Source of the DNA: Eledone cirrhosa
Lineage: Eukaryota
DNA: 64,000 nucleotides
Direction of reading: 5' to 3'
NCBI GenBank assembly: GCA_964016885.1
Contig: OZ024747.1
Span: forward strand, 77,686,001-77,750,000
The notes below the pieces were generated by a model. It had not been told where the DNA came from and did no database searches. It saw only the letters and a program-made list of their open reading frames with translations. Each line of letters starts with the position of its first letter. Position 1 is the first letter of the stretch. Of this stretch, positions 52,697 to 64,000 are shown piece after piece. A program made the position numbers and the translations under genes.

Positions 52697-52928
52697 AAGG
52701 TTAAACAAGGTTCAATGAATAAATCAATGAATAAAGACTGCCATGACTGAATTTTAACCATCTACTTAGTCAAGGTATGTCATGCATCATCTTATTTTAT
52801 CTGATGAGGACGTACTGTTGGAGATAGCTCAGTACCTCTGAAATATGTATAATAAAATATACTTGATCACACGAATGTCTATATTTGTTAATATTTTGGA
52901 TTAATATATATATATATATATATATATA

Positions 52929-54170
52929 TAAAGGCCTTAAAGTTAACTTGTCTAAGACTAAAGTTCTAGTTTGTAGGAAGGAAAATAGGGCACCAGTCCC
53001 ATCTGGGAAATGGCCATGCTCAGTGTATAGGAAAGGAGTAGGCAGAAACTCCATTTTTGTCCCAAATGCAAAGTATGGGTACATAAAAGAAGTAGTGGGA
53101 TCACAGGTAAGCTAACTAAGAATATGGATTTTATATGTGGCCAGTGCTCTGGTGCAATAAGTAGCAGCAAGTGCCCACAGAATACTAACTCATTCCATTG
53201 CACAGATGGTTCTATAGAAATAGTGGACAGCTTCCGTTACCTGGGTGACAAAACCAGCAGTGGGGGAGGGTGCTCTGAAAGTACAGTAGCTAGAGCCAGA
53301 ACGGGATGGAAAAAGTTCAGAGAGCTTATTTATACCACTATTGGCCGCTAAAGGGTTCTCTCTAAAAATGAAAGGCAGGCTGTATGATGCCTGCATACGA
53401 ACAGCAATGTTACATGGCAGTGAGACCTGGGCATTGTGTGCAGAGGATATACGCAGACTGGAGAGGAACGAGGCTTGCATGCTCCGCTGGATGTGTAATA
53501 GTAATATACGTGAACGGCAAAGCATAAACGAAGTAAGGGAGAAATTAGGAATAAGAGGGATCAGATGTTGTTTACTCGAGAGAAGGCTACGTTGGTACGG
53601 TCACGTGATGCGCATGAAAGATGACAGCTGTGTAAAAAAGTGCAGGGCGATAAAAATAGACGGTAGCCACGGAGTAGGCAGACCCAGAAAAACCTGGGAC
53701 GAGCTGATAAATTCCGACCTCACACACTTACACCTCTCCAAGACAATGTCACTGGACCGAGAGCTTTGGCGCTACACAGAAGACCCGCCTTGCCTAAGTA
53801 CAAAGCGAAACCTACAGTCAGTAGGCACCTCTAACAAAATACACCCCCGTCCCACTACCCCCACCCCCTTAAATGTGAAGTTATATTTATTACCACAACA
53901 TCCAGTCCGAAACAAATGAGGTCGTGTAGGTGTCACGACAAAAAAAAACACACAGTCCACGCTGTAATGTGGCCGTGTAGGTAACACGGTAAAAACCTCC
54001 CAGTCCACACTGTAAACGTGGTTGGTGTTAGGAAAGGCATCCAGCCGTAGAAAACCCGCCAGACAGTCCTATGCGAGCAGGACAACCAATCTTGCTTCAG
54101 GTGGGAAAACTCCCGTCCAAACCCATGCAAGCGTGGAAGATGGACGTTAAACGATGATGATGATGATGAT
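52929..54170 (+). mobile_element. RTE-clade LINE, copy 3, 5'-truncated and frameshifted; same subfamily as copy 1, opposite orientation
   Basis: ORF pieces 52885-53115, 53124-53351 and 53341-53919 rebuild KGLKVNLSKTK, PHD, FRYLG, GSETW, RLRWYGHVMR. The 3'UTR matches 18700-19071 and a (GAT)n tail lies at 54153-54170. Confidence 0.95.
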
Positions 54171-54277
54171 ATAAAGTCTAAAGTCTCAAGCTAGGAGGCT
54201 CACCAGGTCGGTGCTTATCCCGATTTCCATGGCGGTAAGGGAGAGGGTACAATATCCCCGCCTCCTGGACGGACAGA

Positions 54278-54314
<37 letters not shown>

Positions 54315-54739
54315 AAGGGTAAATAGTGAGTTTTGTTATTCTGGAATTTCGCCTGTTTTTATCGTAGGGTCATCAGTCACACTACTATCCCAAATATCGA
54401 GTACTCAAGTGGTCTTACTACTTTAATACTGATTTAATCATGATTATATATACACACAGACATACATATATACACACACATGTAATATATGTCTGTATAT
54501 ATGTTTATAAATAAGGTTGTTACTGCTGCTGTCTCGACAGTCGAAACGACGCCGCAACACCGAGTGAAAGATTCGCGGGTTTCACGACATCAGAGCACAT
54601 ATTTATTACTATTACGAAATCATTATTAAGGGGGATGAAGGGGAAAGTGACTCGAACTTCTAGTGAAGCAGAAAAAGAACAGATTTAGAAACAAGTTTTC
54701 ATAGATTGATTCCTTAACAGCAAACGTAGATTATTCAAA

Positions 54740-54791
<52 letters not shown>

Positions 54792-54945
54792 CATACATAC
54801 CTACACACTCCTACTACGTAATCATTTATGTTCGACCATAAATATTAAACTGTTTAATAAACTATATACGCATAATAAATTTTTATGTATATATACATAA
54901 GCATAATATCAAATCCCTCACTCTCTTTCTATATATATATATATA

Positions 54946-54984
54946 TATAAATACATTTTTTAGGAACTATGATACTATGCACAC

Positions 54985-55016
<32 letters not shown>

Positions 55017-55041
55017 GCAGTTCCTAAAAAATGTATTTATA
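54946..55041. repeat. 23-bp perfect inverted repeat around a 50-bp TA-rich spacer
   Basis: TATAAATACATTTTTTAGGAACT (54946-54968) and AGTTCCTAAAAAATGTATTTATA (55019-55041). Confidence 0.85.
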
Positions 55042-55394
55042 AATATATTCATATGGGAGTGTATATAAATGACAAGAAAGATTTAGTGATCTGGTGACAC
55101 CATACTTGGCAGTATAATATTTATTATACACACCTCGAGTAACAGGTACTTGGGTTTCGTTCGAGACCACTTCCCGTGTCCTTACAAACACACTACTGAC
55201 TCACGTACCTGTCTCCCCTTCTTCTAAACCAAGCCAATGTGGAAAGACGGACACATCCTACAATATACCGCCAGATGTCACTCTCTCTCGTGTAGCTTGA
55301 GCCCCCCCCCCCCTCCCCCCACCTCGACCTGCGGTCACTGTTTTCCCTGTCTGACAGAGGTCGACACAACGAGCGCCCTTGTGTTTAAAACTGA

Positions 55395-55808
55395 TAGTGC
55401 TGGTGCCACAATAAAATGCACACAGCCCACTCTGTAGAATGGTAGTGCTAGTGCCACGATAAAAAGCACCGAGTCTATGACAGGTGTTAGTACTGGTGTC
55501 ACGATAAAAAGCACCCATTCCACTCTGACAGGTGTTAGTGGTAATGCCAAGATAAAAAGCACCTAGTCTACTCTGACAGGTGATAATGCTGGTGTCACAA
55601 TAAAAAGCACCTGGTACAAGCCACAAAGTGGTTGGCATTAGAAAGGACATCTAATTGTAGAAATCATGTCTGGATGGAACATTTGAGTAAGATGCAGTCA
55701 CCTGACCTATCTATCTTAATTCAAAACCTGACAATTTGTCTTTCATTCAAAACGTGACAATCTGTCTAAAGAGCATGAAAAATAGATGTAAAACAGGGAT
55801 GATGATGA
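55395..55808 (+). mobile_element. RTE-tail-sharing short element with five internal tandem subrepeats (GTGCTGGTG(C/T)CAC.ATAAAAAGCACC)
   Basis: Subrepeats at about 55397, 55445, 55490, 55538 and 55587, then AAAGTGGTTGGCATTAGAAAGGACATC and an AGCATGAAAAATAGATGTAAAAC..GATGATGATGA tail. Confidence 0.7.
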
Positions 55809-55829
55809 CTAATTTAAAATTAATATTAA

Positions 55830-56034
55830 CCCTTTAGCTTTTACATTACTCTATATTTACTATTGTATTTTCACGGTAAAGGCATTATCTCACATAATAT
55901 CGAATGTATGAGATTTTGGTATTATTTATTTTGAGAATAATACCTTATCAGTATGTGTGGCCAGTAACAGCCAGTTTGAAGAGAAAGGGGTGAGATAATT
56001 CTGGCTGGATATGGCCGGTTTAAATGCTAAAGGG
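55830..56034. mobile_element. piggyBac-type MITE, 205 bp, complete
   Basis: TTAA (55826-55829), CCCTTTAGC ... GCTAAAGGG, TTAA (56035-56038). Confidence 0.87.
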
Positions 56035-59000
56035 TTAATAAGTACAAAACTACAGTTTCTGAATTAGAAGCCTCACTGAAAAGATGGCAATGTAAATACT
56101 TTCTACTATTGCTTCTCTACACAAGAGATAATCTTCATGCATTTCAGAGATTATTGTCTCTTCCTCAGAAAATAACTGTTACTGTTATAATTCTGCCTAC
56201 AGAAGAAGTTATAGCATTGATATTTATGTCAAGCCAAATGTAGAACATATCTGAAATGGCTAGTCTGATCTGTAGGATGTGAATTCATTTAGCAATGTAA
56301 TTAACTATATATGTTACAAAATCTAAAATAAATTTTATGTATATATATAACAAGATTTTTTTTTAATTAAAAGCCTTATTGCAAAAAGAAGTGTAAACAC
56401 ACTTTCAACTATTCTCTCTCTCTACACACACAGAGTTTAATAAATATATATCTATATAGACACCCATCAATTTTTTCATGCTGGCAAAAGTAGGTTGGCT
56501 GGGACATTTTGAGGCAACAACCAGATGCTTTTCCTGGCACCAATCCTTTTAGTCGCCTCTTATTACATGCATGGATAAGGTGCAGGCATTCTAAAAGCCA
56601 GGATATAAACTCACTCTTACCAGCAAGCATTTAACTATTTCACTGTCCCTCTATCATTCCCTCATCTACTATCCTTCCAAATAAACCACTGTTTCTCCCA
56701 TCATACTCTCTCTTACACCCTTTCATAACAGTTCTTCTGTTACCTCTTGATCACGTCAACTTGGATTGTTTCTGTTTAGAGAGTGTAGGAGACAAGGCAA
56801 CCTCACTAGTGCTAGTCTCTTGATAAAATGCACCCAGTACACTCTGTAAAGTGGTTGGTGAAAAATCCTAACCTTTAAGTCTTATGAATCTTAGCAAATA
56901 CATGTTATATGTAGATACAAACACACATACATGTATATACTAGTTTCATCAACAGACAGGCATATATACAAGAGTTTAAGAAAAACAGACATGTGAAAAT
57001 AAAGCAACATATAACATTCTGTAATTATGCTGAGCTAACTCAGAGTTTTTTGTTGCATTTTTTCTATTATAAGTAAGAGGAAAACCTTTAACTCAACAAC
57101 TTAACATTAACACCATATTATGAAAAATACTTTTAAGTAGGATTTCATTTTTACAATCATGGCTACAGAAGGTACCAACATCAATACTGACACTAAAAGT
57201 CCTACCAAAATATGTGAGACAGTAAGACTATGTATGGTCTTACCATTTAAACCAAGATCTTTTCTGGTTCTATCCAAAATACTCATAAAAATTCTCCCCC
57301 ATAGCTATATAAAGTAGTAAGAACAATTACTGGAATGAAATTTAACCAAATTTAAACAACTTCACAGCTTTCAATAACAGCCATCTTTCATTGTAAAATG
57401 ACTGTCACAGAAAGCAGTTGTTATTCCAGCTTCTGTGATGTTGATTTTTTGAAAATGTCCAAAACCGGCCAAATTACTATCACCATCACTCAACTCTCAT
57501 ATATCTGATCCAACAAGACAAAAGTTTTGAAGTCATTTTCCCTGTTAAAGGTTCGTCTTCTGAGCCCTATCATAGGTTTCACTCTCATCACGGAGTACTT
57601 TTTTGATGCAATGTTTTATGGCTGACTTCTAAACCAACAGAGATAATTATGAAATATACACAAATATAAAATATGTTAAAACAACAGCTGAAATATATTT
57701 TATTTCAATTACTCAAATTCTATCATTGAATAAATAACACCATTTTTGAAAAGTGTAGAATAAAACCAACTACTAACATGTTAAAAGTTACCAATGATAT
57801 TACTTGAAACAAAATATGAAAATATGATAACATATTGGACTATCAATAGATGTTGGTATGCAGCTGCTATCACTCTGGAAGAATACCTAGGAGGTATTTG
57901 TAGTGCACAGGCTAATGAAATAATTCAGAGTAAGCAACCCAGCTGGATAACAAAATTAGAAGAAAATAACAACTTGTGTTGCAAAATTGGACATTAAAAT
58001 ACCATCACGATGTGTAAAGTAAATATGTTCGCAGTGAACCAACTACATCTTAAGAAAAGAGATTCTGCCATCAAACTGTTGATGAGAAATTTATAACTTC
58101 AAAATATAAACAAGATGTGAAGAGAAAATATTTGTGTTCAAAGACACCAACATTAAACACAAGTCTGTCAGGTGAATATTGGAGTAAAGAAAAACAAAAT
58201 CTTCATAAAGATCTTAAATTATTTTGGCTTTAAAATCTGGAATTAAGAGGATTTCATTATCAGGATGTATTATGGCTAGATACAATTAAAAAAACAATAA
58301 TGTATTGACATCTACAGTAAAACTTATGTAATCAAGTTTGAAAGTTTCACTGAAGATGTGGGAAAGCTGCATAATGGATAAATAACATGTTTTAGAGAAA
58401 GTCACTAATATGTTTATTTAAAAGAAATATGGTTGACATGCCAAATTGGCAGAGGCAAATCTTATAGCCAAGAATGAAAATACAACTTGACTAAAAACTA
58501 CACACTCATTGCTTGTCCAAATATATACCCTAGCTGTCAACCAATTCCTCCAAGACCAGTGACTGATAAGCAGATAGATGGAAAGAAGGGGTTGTGTGGA
58601 TGTGATAAATAAAGAATTACAGAAAACCATTTGATTCTATTTCCCTTATGGTGTTTCTGGAGTCATTATATTTGGCAATAGTACCTGCTGCCATTTCAAC
58701 AATCCTCACACCTGTAAATGAAATCAGAACTTTCAATGTTATAAATCTTTCAATGGGAATATATGCTCTGTTAATTTTAACATTAAAACCACTGTCATAT
58801 CATTTAATCTAGTGGTTATGTTAGTGTCTTCAACAGCAAGAGATGCTAACTTAATATCTTTATGGACAATCTAAAAAGCTATATATAATGTATTTTTGGC
58901 AGCTAGTTCAATAAATTTCTGGTATTTTCTAAATAGAGAGATGTAAACATTTTTCTTTACATATATCTCCATACACAGAAAGAGAGCAATCAGGACTAGT

Positions 59001-60004
59001 TTTAATCCTGTGACTATATAAACAGTGTATTTGTAGTCAGTTCAAGAGGGTACACAGTAGCTGGTAAAATCCTAACACAGAACAAACTAATTTGTGACTG
59101 ATCCCTCTTTGTCTAAGAAAATATTGTATATAAAGGCAATGTGGTTTGATCTGTGTATTAGATAGTGTCAGGAAGACCTTTGAGTTATGTCAAAGACATG
59201 ACAATCTCACTTGTGTTGGTGATCTACACAATATACACCCCCAGTTCATGCTGTAAAGTAGTTGGTGATAGGAAGAGTATCCAGCCATAGAAAGCTTGCC
59301 AAAGAGTTAGGAGGACTCTTCAGTTGTGTCAAACATATGACAGCCTCACTAATGCTGGTGCCACAATAAAATGTACTCGGTAGAGCGCAGGGTTGTATGT
59401 AAGCGAGATGTGGGACCTCAGGCCCATCTGAGGAGGATCAGTAGCCCTGCTTCAGTCTGTGAAGGTTTGACCAACCTGTGCTAGCAAGAAAAACAGATGT
59501 TAAATGGTGATGTGGATGATGTTGTTGGTTAAAACATAAATATATTCTGTAGTATAACATATGGATCTATATAAACATTGATATATATATATACATACAT
59601 AAATCTCAAACACGAGCCCTGCCTTGGGATTCAACTTCTTCAATATACCCACTTTGCACCTGATCTGTGGTCTTCCTGGTCTTCATACCAGATAGTCCAT
59701 AAATACATGCTTGTGTGTGTGTGTGTATACACACACACACTATATATATATGTACACACATATACACAAACACACACAAAACAACCGATAGAAATTGTTC
59801 TTGTTGGGTAACAGTGCTCAAGTGAACGAAGCAAGCATATTGTTGGCAGAGAAAATGATAAAGTAATTAAAGTAGTCAAAGTATGTGATAGAATATTTAC
59901 ACAACAGCAACAGTTATCCTTCTCTACATATATACTGGTCAGGTCAGATGAACAAATTGACCATTTCTATAGGACCCTCTTGTAGAGAATGCTAGTGATG
60001 TGTT

Positions 60005-61960
60005 ATCACAGCTGGTGATTTTAGTGGACATTCTGGGTAACATTATAATGGCTATTCCTGCAAACATAAAGGCTATGAATACGTTATGAGGAATGAGGAG
60101 AGATCAAATATCTTGGTGTTCTGAGACGTAAATGACCTCACCATTAACACAAGCTACAGGCAAAGATACAGAATAGGCAACTATTCGTGAATAAAAGTAC
60201 AATGAAGAATGTACCAGTCATGATCAAAATATCAAATAAAAACTAGAAAGACAGAGAGACAATTTGAAAGAGAAAGGTAAGGAAGCTGAAAGTTCTCTTG
60301 GCGAGACACAGATTTAAAAAAAGACTAGGTGAGGCATACAATGAGGAAGAGAAGATATATAACATGTACAACAACCGAGAGTTTCTACAAGGGAACTTGC
60401 AACACACCATAGACCTAATCTGTGAATGGAACTGGGTTTCAGACAGAAGAGGCCATTGTGGTAGAATGGTAGAGTCATAAAAGCTAAAAGACACATCTGG
60501 AGAGATTGAAAAAGAGAAGCAAAGAATAATATGAGGTAGGCAGAAGAGACCAATGTCGTGTATACATAGCAAAGGCAAGAAGGTGAGAGTATGAGGTTTG
60601 TACATGTTCTATAATGAAAGGATCAGAGATGGAAAGTATTTTGGATTGCAAAGTAGGTGTTAGGAAGGGCATCCAACCGTAGAAAACCTGCCAGATAGTC
60701 CTATACGAGCAAGACACGGTCATCCGACCAATCTAGTGTGGAAGATAGACGTTAAACGATGATGAATGAGTAAAAATCAAGATATCATTGGGAAAAAATG
60801 TGTATAGAGTCATTACGGTATATTTGCCCTAACTACCACCAAGAATAAAACGGCAGAGAAAGGTTATAAGAGGTCACTAAATGAAGAGAATGCAATGAAG
60901 AGAGATGAGGCCTACCCCGCAAGTAAACTCAACAGTGGGACCAGCTAGTAATGTTGACAGCTATATAAAGTTGGGACACAAATGCAATTAAGAATAAGAA
61001 GGCAGGAAAGGGAGCTGGGTGACCAGAGACAGTCAATGAGGGGGATGCTAAAAATATCTAGTGAAATAAGCTGGTCACATACACGGTCAATGAGGTGGGA
61101 CTACAGGGAGAGGTCATACCCACCAGATGACTGACATAACAGTTATCATCAACAGTTACAAGGGTAAATAAAAGAAGTAAATATGGTGGCATCTAGGAAA
61201 TGGACCAAGTTATGAAAGTAATAGAAAGAATAACACAATTGATCAGGAAAAGAGTTATCTTAGATAAGATGAGATGCCATCCATATTTATATCTGGACAG
61301 GATAACACAGATGCTGCCTTCTTTATGAGATAACTACACTATATGAGAAATTGCCCACTATAATTAGCATTCATTAAACTGTAGAAGGTCTTTGATAGCG
61401 TCCATGCTAGGTAGTCTGCTAATCTCTAAGAAAATAAGGTGTGTAGATGATGTGGGACCTCATGCAAGCCATATACAAAGTACTATGCTCTGTATTTCTG
61501 GAAAATAATGTGTGTAGATGATGTGGGACCCCACACAGGCCTTATACAGAGATGTCAGCAAATTGAGAGCTAGCAATGAGTTTTATCCTGCAAGTTCATC
61601 AGTCCTTACATCTCTGGGTCTGAACAGAGATACCGATGTATGCCAATAACCTAACTCTATGTGGTTTGTTAAAGAATTAGAGAAGACATTCGAACTGTAG
61701 AAGCAAAACCTGAAGGATAAAAGAATTAGGTGTAGCAAGAGAAAAGACTGCAGTGGAATGGACATGTGATGTATGTGTAGAATGACAGTTGAGCCAAGAC
61801 ATGGTGAAGTGTTAAGTGGGACGAGTAGAAAGATCATGTTGAAGACATTTGTGAAAGGTGATCTCAACAAGTTGAACCTCATGAAGATAATAACAAGTGG
61901 TGGGATGTTGTAGGTGAGGAAACCTTTCCAACCCACATAAGCATGGAAGAGTGGACACGG
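60005..61960 (+). pseudogene. Old, heavily deleted RTE LINE relic with a nested RTE-tail fragment at about 60650-60766
   Basis: Colinear remnants AGDFSGH (60011), RNEE (about 60089), LIRKRVILDKM (about 61240), MQAIY (about 61462), GHVM (61760) and a tail hairpin remnant (about 61932-61958). Confidence 0.65.
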
Positions 61961-62066
61961 ACACACATATATATATATGTGCATACGAAGAAACCTTCAT
62001 TTACTTCTTCCCAAGCGTGAAACTAAGACTAAGTGTTCTTGCATCTGTTTGTCTTGTCTATACTTG

Positions 62067-62069
<3 letters not shown>

Positions 62070-62109
<40 letters not shown>

Positions 62110-63077
62110 CACAAACACACAATATATACATAGATATATATATACATACATATATATATATATAATACACACAAACACAATATATACATAGATATATATA
62201 TATATACATACATATAAATATATATAATGTATATATATATATTTATACACACAAACAATATATACATAGATATATATATACATAGATATATATATACATA
62301 CATGTAATTGCATACACACACACATATATATATACATACATATATACATGCATATATACATGCATATACATATACATATGTACATGCATATACATATATA
62401 TATATACATGCATACACATATATATATATACATGCATACACATATATATATATATACATGCATACACATATATATATATATATATACATGCATACACATA
62501 TATATATATACATGCATACACATATATATATACATGCATACACACATATATACATGCATACACACACATATATATACATGCACACATATATATATACACA
62601 TGCATATATATATATACACATACATATATATATACACATACATATATATATATACACATACATATATATATATACACATACATATATACACATACATATA
62701 TATATACACATACATATATATATACACATACATATATATATATACACATACATATATATATATACACATACATATATACACATACATATATATATATATA
62801 CATGCATACACATATATACATACACATACATATATATATACATGCATACACATATATACATACATACATAAAAATATATATACATACACATGCATATGCA
62901 CATATATATACACATACATTGATACATATATACACACATACATACAGCCATATATATACATGCATACACATTCATATATATATATATATAAATATATATT
63001 TATATATATATACATACACACATACATACAGTCATATATATACATGCATACACACATATATACATACACACATATTC

Positions 63078-63112
<35 letters not shown>

Positions 63113-63167
63113 CTCAAATTCATATATATATACACATGTGTGTGTGTATTTATATACACACACACAT
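62070..63167. repeat. Compound (TA)n/(CA)n/CATGCA low-complexity microsatellite, about 1.1 kb
   Basis: Read directly; accounts for the YI/HT/CM-rich ORFs. Confidence 0.97.
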
Positions 63168-63866
63168 GAATAAATAAGTCTTTATATAACCGACGTGACA
63201 TTTAAAAAAATAGTGATTTTCATATTTCATATTTCTAGTTATTTATTAATCAATAAGATATTAAGGCAAGGAGCAATTGTCTATTTAATTGTGTACGAGT
63301 TGTTTGGGGGGGGGGGGGGTCGTTCGACCATTTTTCAATAAACGCAGTTAATATAGAAGATAGCCATCCCTTAATCATATTATATTCTATAGAATGGAGC
63401 GAGTGCCCGCCCGTGGTGATAGCAGTAATTGCTAATAACAGACCAGGTGAAGAAGACCTAGGAAATATCTCATACACTCTTACAGTACTAGACATTGTCA
63501 TACGTGCAACATCATGATGAGATTGTCGGGGGGGGGGGATTAATTGCTTTAAAATAATATTTAATATTTACAGAGTAACAAATCCAATTAGCTCTTGAAT
63601 AGCTAATATTTTTACTGGGAAAACGATGTTTTATTGACTCAAGTATATATATATATATAGGAAAAAGTATGACCACGACGGCAGAGCTCAAGCCGTTTCG
63701 ACGGCTATTTCTTATATATATATTTATATAGAGACAGAGACAGACAGAGAGAGAAAGAGAAATGACTTCTACAGAACTAGAACTGTTTCGTTCGTATGAA
63801 ATCATCAGGACATTTCTGGATGATTTCATGCGAATGAAACAGTTATAGTCCTGTAGAATAGAAGTC

Positions 63867-63922
<56 letters not shown>

Positions 63923-64000
63923 CTAATGTGGGAGTTATGTCAACTGAATCGATACGAAATATATATCGATGGGATGTAAATTCAAAACGACAAATGACTT

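Noticed and set aside
18651-54170. LINE copies 1 and 3 as giant terminal inverted repeats of one composite element
   Set aside because: They are diverged, have different truncation points, and show no shared flanking duplication; these are independent insertions.
62029-63173. Long YI/HT/CM-rich ORFs
   Set aside because: Translation of dinucleotide microsatellite.

Overview
This is AT-rich eukaryotic (animal) DNA, not prokaryotic. The repeat content resembles a mollusc, probably an octopus-like cephalopod, but that is inferred from recalled repeat motifs and was not searched. Bases 1-16273 are a roughly 600-copy 27-bp satellite with kb-scale internal block duplications; all giant ORFs there are artefacts. 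The remainder is transposon-rich intronic/intergenic DNA. It holds three 5'-truncated RTE-clade LINE copies (two with uninterrupted ORFs), several decayed RTE fragments, many tRNA-derived SINEs, TTAA-flanked piggyBac-type MITEs, a hAT-like MITE, 47-bp and 26-bp minisatellites and long microsatellites. No host protein-coding gene can be called with confidence. The strongest signal is a complete C4HC3 PHD-type zinc finger inserted inside the reverse transcriptase domain of the RTE LINEs and conserved between two diverged subfamilies, a candidate chromatin-reading RT. Also notable are a perfect 126-bp spacerless palindrome inside a MITE nested in a SINE, a CpG-deamination signature in the satellite variants, and an inverted near-identical SINE pair.
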